This document shows positions 36,093-49,219 of a stretch of 64,000 bases of DNA, in pieces; the stretch's first letter is position 1; each line of letters opens with the position of its first letter. Origin of the DNA: Gnetum montanum (taxonomy: Eukaryota > Plantae > Gnetophyta); NCBI GenBank assembly GCA_015680685.1, contig MNCI01002363.1:235838-299837 (forward strand), given 5' to 3'. Made by a program: the position numbers and the translations under genes. The notes below the pieces were generated by a model. The model saw nothing but the letters and a program-made list of their open reading frames with translations, made no database searches and was not told the DNA's origin.

Positions 36093-36821
36093 CATATTAA
36101 CCAAAAATCTTATTAAGAAAATTATATCAAGAAATTATAATCCCACTTCTTCTCATTATTTTGAAATTTCTTATTAGCTTGAATTGTAATATGTTCCTCT
36201 TATTTTTCAAAGCTTTAAAGGAAAAATTATTAGTAGTATTGCTACAATTCTCAACATAGAGTACAAAACATTACTAGATGGTGTGCAATGCATATGTTAT
36301 TTTGTACAAATTAATTTATAGTAGAGGAAGATAAAATTAAAACTCAATATAGGCAATTAATGATTTTCCCATTAAATTACCTACTATAATTATGAGGATG
36401 TTGCAAATATTATTGTTGTGAAGGTCATGTTACTAGGATTTGTTTTATTTTCAATAAAAAATTTGTTCATGAAGAAAAACTTAGCAATTTTCAAAAAAAA
36501 AAGCAAATAATGGTAATTTTCAACAAGTATAAGTGAAACCTTCTTCAACAAGTTCTAAACCTTTTACTAATCCATTTAGGCATATAATTAATTCTTTCTA
36601 TCTAAAGAAAATTATTTTTTAGAAAAAAAAAGACCTTTTATAGGGATTAGTAATGAAAGTGTTGATGCAGAAGGATTTTTCTTAGTGTAATGTAAAAAGA
36701 AGAGGCTTGCATATAAGTTCTTCAATTCAAATATCCATAAGATATTTTCTTCTCCATTTACTTTTACTAATTTTTCAAATATTTGTTTCATAAAATAATG
36801 CTTTTATACCTATTTGTGACA

Positions 36822-36892
36822 TTAATTGTAAGACAAATGGTTAGAACATGTGGTTTGGAAAATGCAAGTCATAGGTTCAATCCCAAGGGGTA
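36822..36892 (+). other. tRNA-derived SINE-like head
   Basis: TGGTTAGA A-box-like sequence and GGTTCAATCCC B box (36874-36884) at tRNA spacing; no intact cloverleaf. Confidence 0.45.
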
Positions 36893-37399
36893 TGTTAAGA
36901 TACATGCCATATAGAGTACTCTAAAAATATATGTAAAAAAACTATAACATTAGGTAGATAATGAACAATTGTCTATCATTGTGGATTCATTCACCTAACT
37001 TAAGAATTAGTCCATGTGGATGAACAAAAGATCCTAAAATCATGATGATGGTAGATGGTTAAGGTTATTATGAGCTTGTAAGTAAGAAAATATAATTGTG
37101 GTGTTAGAACATAAACTATTTTAAGCCATGTGACTAGACCCTTAAAAAATAATATTATTTAAAAATTAAAGTATATGAGAACAGAAAAAGGGATTTTATA
37201 GAAAAATCCTAATGGTTTTTGGATTCCTTTTTAGGTTCGCATCTTTATAACTAATCGTAAAAACCCTTGCGTTTGAGGTAAAAAAGGATCAAGCCTTGCC
37301 CTTATTTAAGTAAACCCTACTATAAGCCACTTGAACAAAGCTACTAGGACTATAAGTTATTAATAAAAAAAATCTTTCTAATTTGGTCTCCTCATGTAG

Positions 37400-39960
37400 A
37401 AATCAACCATTATTTAAGTAATCTTACCATAATGGAGGTTTTAGCATCTCTATCATCCAAAAAAATGCTAAAAAGTTTAGCCAATACTGAAACATTTATG
37501 GTGATCATGTCACATAAGGGACAAAAAATAGTTGTGAAGATGGTGGCAAACCAAATTAGCAAAGCATTGAAAGTTTCTATAATGCTGATACTAGACTTTG
37601 TTGTAATGGAAAACATCCAACTATCTACAGAAATTTAAAAAAAAGGCATAAGTGCAATCCAAGATGAGGAAGTATTGGAGATATTGGTAGGTGTTGAGCT
37701 AATGATTGTAGATGTCTTTAACATCTGAAAGACATTACATTAACCTAATTAATACTAATAGAGATAAGGGGTAAGCTCATTATCATGGAAATATAACTTT
37801 AAGAAGCCATATTACTAAATTAACAACTAATATCCAAAATTGCACAATTGAGAGACCACTTGTTTGATCCTTCTCTCTTCCAACTTAGCTTAACTAAAGA
37901 CAAGGCCTTTGAGAAACTCAATGCTAAACAACAACAGGTTGATATGGAGAAGAAGAGGATCACTTTAGATGCATCCTTGATGTACACAATGTTAAATTAA
38001 GTAAATAAGAACCTTGTCTTGATGTGCAAGGAGAATAAGAATCTAGGTACGGAAAATAGAAGGTTGCTTAAGGTTGAAAACAAAAAGTAGTTGGATGAGT
38101 ACCTCAAGCACCAGTAAGAGTAACTAGTAAAAGTGAACACAAATGTTGAAAGATTGGTAATAGAAAATAAAAGCTTTTAATATAGAAGGTAAAATTAATA
38201 AGGTAGAAATTGATAATTGAAAGAGTTACTTGGATAAATAAGGCTCCAAAGTATAAGAAACTTAAAAATTATTAGAGGGATAGAAGGAAATAAATAAAAA
38301 GGAGATTCAATTAGCCAAATAGAAAATGAACAATGCCTTCTAACAACTCTAAGGAAATACATGGAAACCCATATTTATTGGACTCAATGCATACAATAAA
38401 GTAAAAAACCACATGCAGAAGCTGCAAGTTGAGGAGTTGACTAAATATATGGGATTAGATAATCTTGTAATGCTCATGACTAGAAGGTTGAGATTTGAAC
38501 TAGAAAAAAGGTCACCAGCTCATACTTATTATACAAGAATAAGTTCAAGCTTCATAACGAGGCATGACAAAAACTAAATATAGCTAGCATGGAGCTTGAA
38601 GTCCTCAAAGCTAAATTTAAAGATCAAACAACAATAGTATAAATCTAGCCAAAAGAATGAGTGACTACTAGAAGCTTCAAAACACAATAAAGTCATTTGA
38701 TATTGAATGTAAATACTTTACTACCTAGATCATCAATGCTCATGAGATGTTTCTAACCCTTCCTTATTCTTGGAAGCTTCCTACAACTATTATACTAGGT
38801 GAATTGGCTTGGACCATCAACAATTCCAAGAATAAGGTGAAGAAAATGAAAGCATTACTAGATGCATTCTAGCTAAAAGCACTAACATTAGAGCAACCAA
38901 AATTAGAATTGAGGCATGAGGAGCCATCGTAGATGTTGCAAGAGTTCGCTCAGCCTAGCATCACTTAAGGCATATGCATCAATCCATTTCTTTTATACAT
39001 ATCTACACAATCCATTTTTTGTAATGTGTTCAATTTTATCATGACCAAAAAACTATAAACACTTAAGAAAATTTTGTAATACAACACTTGAGTTGGTTAG
39101 TTTAATTTAGTTTTGTTCCCACAATTTTATAGATAACTTGATTCTAATTTAGTTAAATTGAGAATCAATTTTAAGTTAGTCATGAGGATATGATAAGTCT
39201 TGATTTTGGTAGGCTACATCAACACAAGAATTACTCTTTTAATAAATTAACGTTGACACATGCATAATAAATACATATATAAATATATACATCCACCTCA
39301 TCAATGACACACTTTTGTTAATAGCTTAGTGAAACTCTATCAATTTGTTCTTGTAATAATTAGAATTTGTCATCAAGTATCCATAGTGTAAATTAAGTGG
39401 ATTGTATAGAATTTTATTTGAGTGATCATGTACCTAAACACATTTTTATGATAGTAATAAAATCAAGATCCATTCCATTTCTTACAATAATTGGCGTTAG
39501 TCTAGTATTCTATTTAATTTGAATATAACTTTAGTTATTATTTTAATTTAGAGCACTTAGTTAATTATTTTATATTCATCAAATATAATTACACAATATG
39601 AGTAAAACTATCTCCAAGAATAATCATTTAACATTTGATAGTCCTGGTAGTACATCACTTAGTATGTCCAATAGTGGGTACTTCATAATCTAATGACATT
39701 AACATATGTTCAAGGTGTGTGTGGTGAGTTGGAAATAGATACTTCATGCCTAGGCTAGACTGGATTTAATTCTTTATACTTAGATTAGATAATTAAAATT
39801 TTTAAAATGTTTAATATTTTAGTATTTTAATTACTTACAAATACCTTATCATATACATCAATGACACTTTATCATATGAACTAAGTCCACACAAGTGTGA
39901 TTAGGAAGACAATGACTAGTGGTCTAACACCTAGCTAGCTAGATGATTATACCATACTAA
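37400..39960 (+). mobile_element. 3' part of an older Athila-like family element: K/E-rich ORF remnant (~37430-38950), decayed PPT, LTR from 39191
   Basis: TTTTAAGTTAGTCATGAGGATA|TGAT matches the family PPT junction (TTTTAAGTTAGTTGTGGGGGTA|TGAT). LTR blocks are similar to 22700-23300. Confidence 0.55.
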
Positions 39961-40257
39961 CAACCTATCTTAGGTCTATTCATGCTCTACTCCAATTGTA
40001 TTTTGGGATAAATTTTAATCCGCTTAATATACCACAAGTTTGACATGATTTATGGCATCCTCAAAGATATACCATAACCTTATCATGAGTTATGGTGTTG
40101 TAGAGAAAGAAAAAGCCATTGCTTTAGTTAATCATGATCACAATTCATGATATTATACCATGAGACCACCATGAATCATGATCTTATTAACTTTGTAGAA
40201 GAGGCTAAAGGTATAAGCTTAGCATCTTTTATATCAACCATGACATGTGATCAAGAC

Positions 40258-43200
40258 TGTTGGCACATTTAGCCATTTCATGGAATAGCAAAGGTGATAA
40301 AATACAAATGAGACATAGAAGATATTCAAATAAAAAATATATGATGGTTATGTCTTATTGATATTTTAATGCTAGAGGCTTCATGTGGAAATTTTTTGGG
40401 TGAAGATATAGTGTTTCAACTTTCAAATAATGATACCAAGTGAAGAAAAATTTATCATGCTCCTGTGTGAAGGGAAGATTGAAAAGAAATGGAAAAGCTT
40501 TATCAATTAAAAAGAGCTAATCCCGTTCATGAATACATCAATAAGAAATTAAAATTAACCTTATGAGAGTCACCATTGTAATATTTCAACAGATGTTTTT
40601 ATTTTAAAGAGCAGTTCCAGCCACTGTATGCATTAGCAAAGTAGTTCAAGGAAAAAACGAATGAAATTGCTGCGGCTGAGATTGTGCCCTGCACAACGTG
40701 GCTTTGAGGATGGAGAATAGATCAATGAATTCATGGTAATTTTCTCTAATTAATTTTTCTCATGTTTAATGGCCCTTGGATGAAGTTGTAGACTACGTAT
40801 TGTTCTGTTTCGCCTTCATTTTCTGTGGTTAGAAATTCCACAATAGACATTCAAACACAGCCCAAGCGTCTCCTGCTGCAACTGATGGAAAAACAGTCCA
40901 GAAGAGTGCCCGTTCTTTCACAAGGAATCACGTTGGTACTGACACTGGGAAGTGATAGGGTTTATTGACTTGTAATGGCTTCTATTTTTACGCAAAAATG
41001 ACTATTTTCCTTGGCCCCAAATCAGCGACACCTCTGCTAGGCACGTTGTGCTAGAACCTTGCAGGGACATGGGTTCAAAGGTGGTGGAGGAAGAACTCGC
41101 ATGGATGTGACCACTTTCAAAATAAAAACAGTTTCAGTTTTAAAAATTTTTCCATCAATATGTAACCGATCCACCCACCTTCAATGATGTTCACTGTGTT
41201 CTACAATGCGCGCACTGTGTGGAGATTTTTCTTGTCATTACAGAGCCATTCTTAACCTACCATACCAGACGTTGTTATTCACTGATGCTCAGATCTATGG
41301 CACATTCGCCCTTGACTATGCAATCAATGGAAGGAATTTGAAAGACGATCTGCAGGAACACAAAAAATGTAGGAAGCCCTAAGCGAATTTGGGGCAAAAC
41401 AAAAAAAATTCCAGGCAACTGAAACCCTATGTCCAGGGCCATATGTTCAATACATCATTTTTCTTCAAGATCTTTCTCCTCCACTCTTCAGCAATCGAAC
41501 ACCACACGGCAACGATGCTAGATGCAGTGGCAGAGCATTCTTCCTCGATGGTGGTTGATAACAATTTTTGGCAGGGGTGGGATATTTTGGAAGTATTCGA
41601 TGGCAGTTCCAAGCCTAGCACCTTCACATTCGGGCCCGATGTTTTGGATTTAAATTTTTGTTTCTAGCCATTTTCATATGGGTGCAAGTGCACATAAATT
41701 ATTTATAAATTAACATAGATTAGGTACCATCAACATTTATAGCAAGGTTGATATTATATTATCACCTTGTTCATAAAATTACTAAGGGCCTCAATAGTAT
41801 TCTTAAAAATTTTAAACAAGTAAAAATGAAAAGCTATTGGAGCTATAATTGTAAACAATTATATAGAACTATTGGAATTATTTTTCAAAAGAAATATTTA
41901 TATATCTCCTAACTTCCTAACTTCCTAAGTTAATACTCCCTAACTTGTTGGGAAAGTTACTTGGGAGAGAGGTTAGGTAATATATTTTTGAATATGTAAC
42001 TACCTTTGAACCCTATAAAAAGGATTCAAAGGGAAGAGGTTAAGGGGATATTAGAGGTCTCATACATCACACTTTTGGAAAAGACATTTGATCCATCACA
42101 CTTTGGGAAGGCTACTAGCTAGCACTTAGGCTCTCACTTGGAGACACACTTTGCGTCTTGGGAGAAGAGCATTTGTAAAGAAGAAAGGGTGAACGATTGC
42201 TTGTAAGATGGCTTGCTAGAGTAAAGATTTTAGCCTCTTTGTCATAGTCCTATGAGTTATGTTTTATTTTTATTTTGTTTAAATTGTTTAGCTAGTGGTT
42301 TAGATAGTATCATCGTTGGTAAGTAATTTTGGGATTTTTAGATTGCTCTTATCGTTCTTATTGCCCAATAGGAAATTTCTATTAAAATTTTTCCATAGAA
42401 GCACTTGTGTTTAAAAGCCTTAAGATAATTTTAGTAGTAAATTTTATTATTGTGCAACGTATAGAAACTGCTATTGATATCGTTGTAAGAGAGCCTCTGC
42501 TTGTAGTCATGCCGTTGAACGATTCAACAATCAAGAGGGTTCAGAAAATCTTTGGTATTTTGATGGGATCAGAATAGCTTCTTTTTATTTTTAAAGTGAA
42601 TCTCCATGGTATTTTAATCAAAAATTGTCAATTCTTTTGAAATTTCTATTGAATGCAATTTTTGACATCCATTATCTAGCCAAAATGGAGTCTCTTACGT
42701 GATGGTTTACGCAACAATTTTTTGGTAGCATAGTAGGATTGTCTTGAAGAAATTGCTTATTTGAGCCTTGGAAGTCTGAATAATTCGTAGTTATTGAATT
42801 TGGGATAGCTTTATTGTGAAGTGTTTACTCGTGTCATTTTACCTTATTCAAATATTTGAGGTCTACACAAATATACTTTCTTTTCTATCTATTTCCATCG
42901 AATCTTGCTCTATTTCTAGTTTTCTTGTGGAACTATCTCTTTCTCTGGGGAAAATTAGAAGTAGATTCATAGAGTTGTGCTCAAATGTTTTTGCAAAATT
43001 TTATTTGTTACAAGTAGGTATTATAAGGACCGCGTAGACTAGGCAATTGAACAAAATAGGAACTCTCAACAACTCACAGTACTTGGCAAAGTTGGCTGAA
43101 TCTCTTTAAGACAAGTCATTTGTAGTTTACACACAATGCAATCGTTTCATATTTCACAACCGCACGCCACAAAAACACACACACATACTCACATTAACTA

Positions 43201-43309
43201 CTGAGTTTATTTGGAGGTATCTGGGCCTTGGTGTTGCCAGAGACTAGTAGGCACCTAAATCCTGTTCGAGGACACTCATTGGCGGTCGTGTCCCAAATGG
43301 TCGCCAACA
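40258..43309 (+). mobile_element. Solo LTR B (3052 bp, TGTTGG...CCAACA) with TSD AAGAC
   Basis: AAGAC at 40253-40257 and 43310-43314; CCTATAAAA near 42012; same family as solo LTR A. Confidence 0.93.
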
Positions 43310-43599
43310 AAGACAACCACAACTACACCATGATTTGTTAGCTTAACCATGAGTGCTTCACAATCTATGATTCCTATTCTTGGCTCTTGAACATATCACA
43401 ATCAGATCATGACCTATGATCTTTAACCATGAGCAAACCACAACTCATGATTTGTATATCATAAGTTCATCAGAACTCATGGTCTCAATCATGGTCATTT
43501 TTTCAACTAATTTTTTAGCTAGGAAAAAAGTTATAGATAACCAAAAGCAATCCTACTCCAATACCTCCTTGAACATTATCATTGTTAATGTAATATTCT

Positions 43600-45450
43600 A
43601 GAACTAGTGTGTGATTTGCATTTCTAAGTGATACTCCTATGAGTTTCTAGCATTAAATGTAAAATAACTATAATGCTAATGCTAACTTAACTAACCATCA
43701 AAGATTATTTGGTGTAATATCTCACCTATATAGATCAACCCTCATGAATGTTAAATGTCTAATTATTAGATTATTAAATCCTTATGAATGTTAAATGTTA
43801 TGAAAGATCAACTATTGGGTTACATTACGGCTAGTATCAATCCTATGGCTATCCTATATCCTAGTTTCCACTATTACCTAGTTTTGATATTGACTATATG
43901 CAACTAAGGTAATGGTCATTCTCTGAAGTAAACTATACTAGGGCCAACTAGCTAATATCAAAAGTACCTATAAATCATGTTAGTTAATGAAATGATACTC
44001 ATATTAACTACATATTTTTGAGGTTGATGGTCTTGCTTTGAAGTCAACTATACCATAACCAACTAGCCAATATCAATAATATAAACATTATTTCCTAGCT
44101 TATTGAGTCTATACACACCTAGAATGTTCATTAGCCTTCGTAAAATGGAGATTTCATTCCTTTAAAACATTACAATTACCACATCATATTGAAAAATATT
44201 AAAGAGTCCTAGGTGCATCATGAAAATTGTTGCAATACTCAAGAAGACTACCACCACCATTGTCATTGGAAGAAGTTAACATAAGAGAAAGATGAGTGTA
44301 AGAAAAAAAGTGAAAAAAATTAGAAAGGTGAATCATGGTAAGAAAATAAAAAATAAGGATTAGCAATGCTAAAAATAAATAGTGAGAAAGGAATATCCAA
44401 AAAGAGTTGAGTTGTAAGGAAAGATTAATGAAAAAAGGAATATTTACTCTATTTGAAAGATTAGTTAAGAAAAAATATTCATTGAGCAAGAACATGTTCA
44501 CCATGCATAATCATAAGTAAGAGAGCAATGAGAGAGAGAGATGCATAATTGATACCAAGAGAGCTAGCATCACCAAGTATTTATAAGCAAAAAATTTAGG
44601 GTTTGGATAATTCTAAGAATAATAACCTAATTTCTAAGATTGGATCAAATGTATTTACAAAAGAATTTAAAAGATCAACCAATGGATTTAAATCACCAAG
44701 AAAACATTAGAATAAGCTCACATGTCCAATAATGAGTTTCAAGATAAAAATAATAGAGTCATCATCATCATCATCTTAGCTTTGTCCTAACAAAATTGGA
44801 TCATCTAGATCATCACCTAGAGCCACAATGCTCATCTTGCTAAACAAGGTCTTGAGATGTTTGGTAAATAAGCAAAAGCCTATCCTCTTCAAGATGTTAT
44901 GCCTAAGATTGAACCTAGGTCTTCAACTTAAGATACAAGCATCTTACCATCATTCCAAATATCCATTTAGCATGTTTTTTACCATATTCTTACATTATTC
45001 TAAAAATCTTAGAATAACATTAAAATATAAAATAAATAAATTTTAAATAATTAATTATAAATGACTAACAATGGATCACCCTCAAGCTTGCAATTTGCCC
45101 ACACTTAGGAGCAATAAGAGTTAGTGTGATAATTAGAGAATAAGCCCAAATAAAAAGAATAAAAGATAAAAGAATAATAAAATATCAATTTACAAAAAAT
45201 AAATAAAAACAAGGAGTCAAGAGTTTAAACCTCATGACACATAAGCATATAATAATTATCATTCAATCCAAGAGATCTCAAGTTCTAATTTTAGTAAGCA
45301 TAAAAGAAGAAGCATTAGAACACACTAGCATGAGCCATTAGTAAGATACATTATAATATAAAGTATGTTATAATTAAAGTAAAACCTTATACTGAAGAAT
45401 TGAGCATAATAGATAATTAAGAAAGCAAAGTCCTAGGTTCTAAACACTAG
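43600..45450 (-). mobile_element. Old Athila-type 3' end (internal motif plus PPT and LTR), degenerate
   Basis: Minus strand TTGCTCCTAAGTGTGGGCAAATTGCAAGCTTGAGGGTGATCCAT|TGTTAG near 45070; TATA near 44580. Confidence 0.4.
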
Positions 45451-47162
45451 TGATGAGTAGTAAGTATCCCCTATGCCCAACCATATGAATCATAGGCGTT
45501 CACATGTAATACAGTTGGATACCATGGATACAACTAGTGTGGTATCTAGATTGTTAAGCATTGATGACAAGTCAATATGTTATCACTTTACTTGTGGTAG
45601 CTTTATCATGTATCATTTAGTCCAAAGTGAGACATATGATTATTGATGTTGTGCAACTAAGAATAAGTTATGTGAAAGCATGAAAATTAATTATTTAATC
45701 TAATTAATAATAGAAATAAATCCTAAACTATCCTAATGGTGATAAGTATTCATTCCTAGCTTATTGTACATGTCTTGAACTCACATATCCACTGTTGGGA
45801 TTACCAAGTGTTATGCTACTAGGCAAACCAAGCAATAATGCTACCAGGATTGCCAAGTGAATACATGCTTATGCTTAAAACTAGTCATGCTCATTTTGCT
45901 AATTGATTAACATACATAGAAACATAAATATTAACTAAGTACATAGAAAGTAAATTGCATTGAAAGTAAATCTATTCTAAGTCAAAGTGCTACAATGAAT
46001 ATAAATCAATCTTGATCTTATTGTCATTCATGAAATGTGTCCAGATATAATGCCACTTGAATACAACTGACTCAAATCCACACTACGACCACTCATTAAC
46101 TATTTTCTAAGATTATAAAATAAAATTGTAAGAATTTGACTACACTGTTGACCAAATGGTGTCAAATAAGCATTGGGTACTTGCATATTTATAGATTTTA
46201 GCTAACAAAGCATTGATGCATATGCATAAATGCATCTAAGATGTGTTGATAGGGATGCATCAATGCATATGTGCCAACACATCTAAGACATGTTGATGGG
46301 GATGCATTAACAAGGCTCCATCAATAGGGCTACATCAACAAAGTTACCCAACATATGGTATTTTATCATACCCCCACAACTAACTTAAAACTCATCATTG
46401 AGTTTTATATATATATGGATGATGTTCCATTACAAAAATTGTGGGGTGATCAAGACTAGTTTGACTACCATTACAAAATTGGAGTGTTACATTACAAAAT
46501 TTTATTCAAGTGGATGTATTAAAAAATGATAAAAAGACTAGACAAACATAAAAGTTTACAAAATTACAAAGGTCTTTTAAAAATTTACCAAAGATGAATC
46601 TTCTTGTTGTTGCTAGTAGTTACAGATTTTCTAACCTTGGTTATTATGTTGATGCTTTTCTTTTATACAGAACACTCTTGAAGGATGGACTAAAATTTCT
46701 TCTCATTGTCCCATGGGCCCAACAAACATGTGATGTTTGAGCTTTAATCCTTGTATGTGCTACTATTTGTCCATGAACATATCCTCTTTTGTTCTTCTTT
46801 TAGCCTCTTTTCCTTGCCTTGTAAAGGAGCTTTAACCTTAGGTATTTTGTTTAGCATCATCTAAAATTACCATAGAATCAACATTAGTTTTGATAAATTT
46901 TTCTTAACAATTAAACCTTTTTGAATCCTTAGTTAGCTCAAAATTTGAAAAAAATTTACCATTTAGGCTTAAGATGATTTTATAATAATGTTCCCCAAGG
47001 CTCTAAGGTAATTAAAAACCATCAAGTTATTCATGTTATTTTGGTTATATTTATTATTAGTTACCATAATGTTTAAAAATAGGGTAGTATAAAAGTTTCA
47101 AAAATTAAATCCTTAGTCCCCCATGAAATGAGCTTAAATCCTAAAGCTCACAAGTTTCTAAA
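45451..47162 (-). mobile_element. Athila-like family 3' LTR (45451-46368) plus PPT and 3' internal region, interrupted by Tat copy 2
   Basis: TGAT...ATCA termini, PPT GTTGTGGGGGTA at 46369-46380, colinear with 60030-61210. Confidence 0.82.
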
Positions 47163-48589
47163 TGAAACACCATTAAGAAATCTCATGTTGCAATTTGTAA
47201 CCTTCACCATCAAACCCAAGGCTGGAATTTTAATGTAAAATGTGAAGATTACATGAGATCCAATTTCATGTACTTTAACTTTTAGGGCTAAAAAATGCCT
47301 CATAAGTTTTTATAGCCTTACTTTCTAGGTGAAAAAAGTTTTTCCATGTTTGAATGTGGGCTTGGGAGGGTCAAAAATAACTTTTGGACTACCAAAATTG
47401 GCATTTTCATGGGTTTCATGGGGGATATGACCATTACTACACTAGAAACACCCATGTCCAATGTTGGGGGTTTGGTTTCCATCTTTCCAATAATGGCTAG
47501 CATAGTTTCTAAGAACCTTCAACGTTGGTACACTAGACTAGCGTTGGAGTATTTGGAGTTTCCATTTTCAACAAATTTTAGCATTATTTCAACAACTCCA
47601 ACATTGCTATCAAAAGACTAGCATTGGTGGAAGAAGCCAATGTTATTCCCAAAAGACCAGAGTTGGTGGAAGATGCCATAGTTGCTACCAAAAGACTAGT
47701 GTTGGTGGTAGACGCTAGCATTGTTGAAAAATTTCATTTATTATTTATGGTTATCAACATGGTTTTGATGCCTTGGAGGTATCAAAACTTACCATGAATG
47801 GATACTATGTTGGGATTGAACACCTGTTAGACCTACACGTGATGCCAATCTATTTATAATCATGGTAGAAATTGGTAGCCAGAAATCAGTAGTCATACAA
47901 CCTATACACCCCATCATAAATACCATGAAGAGGTTTTCCCCACTTTTGAATTTTTTGGAATCCAGAAAGCTTTTGATAATTCTTGACTGTGAGAATCTTT
48001 GGCAACCCCAAGCACTTGTGACCTTTGAGGATTGTGTGAGATTTTTGGAGCAATGAACAACTACTTGGGTACAAAGACTCCCAGCGTAATATCCCCTTTT
48101 GCCACAAAATTCATTCACATATCTTATTGCCTTGTGATCAATGTTATAGATCTAGATAAGAAAACAAAAAGGTGTTTTAGTTTTGGGAGTTAAGAAGTAC
48201 CTGGACCATGGAGATAACCGTAGCACAGAAACTACCAACTTCAACAGACTTTGAACTTCATCAAAGTGAACTCCTTGTGCATTCAAGCATCATTTGTAAA
48301 TATTCTAAACTCTTTATCTACAATATCTTATTATTAAAATAAAATTTACAGTTCTTTTGTTATGTAAATTATCATGATCTTATTTTATGTACTCATTTCT
48401 AGATTAGATCTACATTATTTTTCATTGTTTGTTTACCTCCTATTTACACTTTTCAAGTCTTGTGTCATCAACAAGACTCTCCAAAGTGCCTTTATTCCTC
48501 TTTCTTGGAGGCCCTTGAAATCCAAGGTTAAAATTATTTCATGCTTGGGATTTTTGGTTATCCAGTTATTGAAGTTTTCAAGCATAATA
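47163..48589 (+). repeat. 5' LTR of Tat copy 2 (~1.43 kb), with 3 x ~39-bp AAAAGACTAG..TTGGTGG repeats at 47610-47725
   Basis: The 3' end (GGCCCT..AAATC..AGGTTAAA...TCCAG) aligns with the copy 1 LTR end; PBS at about 48597-48613. Confidence 0.75.
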
Positions 48590-49219
48590 GTTTTTTTGTC
48601 ACTAGAAGGAGGGCCTTCATCCAACTTCTTTGTCCAACCCTGTTTTAACACTTTCAAAAGAATTTTTTGGTGAATATAAAATCTTAATTTTACATCAAAA
48701 TCATTTAAACATTATTATTAAAAAACCTACAAAAGAAACCAACATTTCCATCCATCTCCCTACCACCAAAACCTAGCAGTGTGGTTGCAAGTGATTTGGG
48801 TCTTTGAAAAATTTTCATAGTAGTTCTTGTACTTTTCAAGGCCAATGTGGTTGTTATTCAAAATTACCTTTATGTGTTCCAAAGGCCAATGTTTCTCTAC
48901 CACCACCACTAAAACCTCCCTATTATGAACCAACATCAAAACTACTATATTTTTCTCAAGTGCAAGGCATACCCTTGTCACTGCAACCTTCACTACACTT
49001 TTATAGTTACAATTTACAACAATTTTTAGCCATACCCCTCTTGCACCTTGGACAATTCCACTTTTTAGAATTTTTATTTAACTAATCAATTATAAAACGT
49101 ATTAAATAAAATTTAAACTTGTGATAGTGTCTTTTAGCTAGTCAACTATCTTACCCCTTAGCTTGACTAATATGGAATCCAAGCAAGATGCCATGAGGGT
49201 TTATGAGTTGAAAAATCCT

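Noticed and set aside
36100-36760. Possible hAT-like transposase remnant (minus-strand CIAHHL)
   Set aside because: A single short motif in very AT-rich, stop-ridden sequence is insufficient.
41389-41667. ORF inside solo LTR B partly echoed in solo LTR A
   Set aside because: The reading frame is not preserved in the paralogue, and the similarity is explained by LTR homology.
47789-48657. Apparent minus-strand spliced gene (ORFs 47789..48118 and 48433..48657 with GT/AG-like sites)
   Set aside because: The region is the LTR and PBS of Tat copy 2. The frames do not join cleanly and no homologue is visible in the copy 1 LTR.
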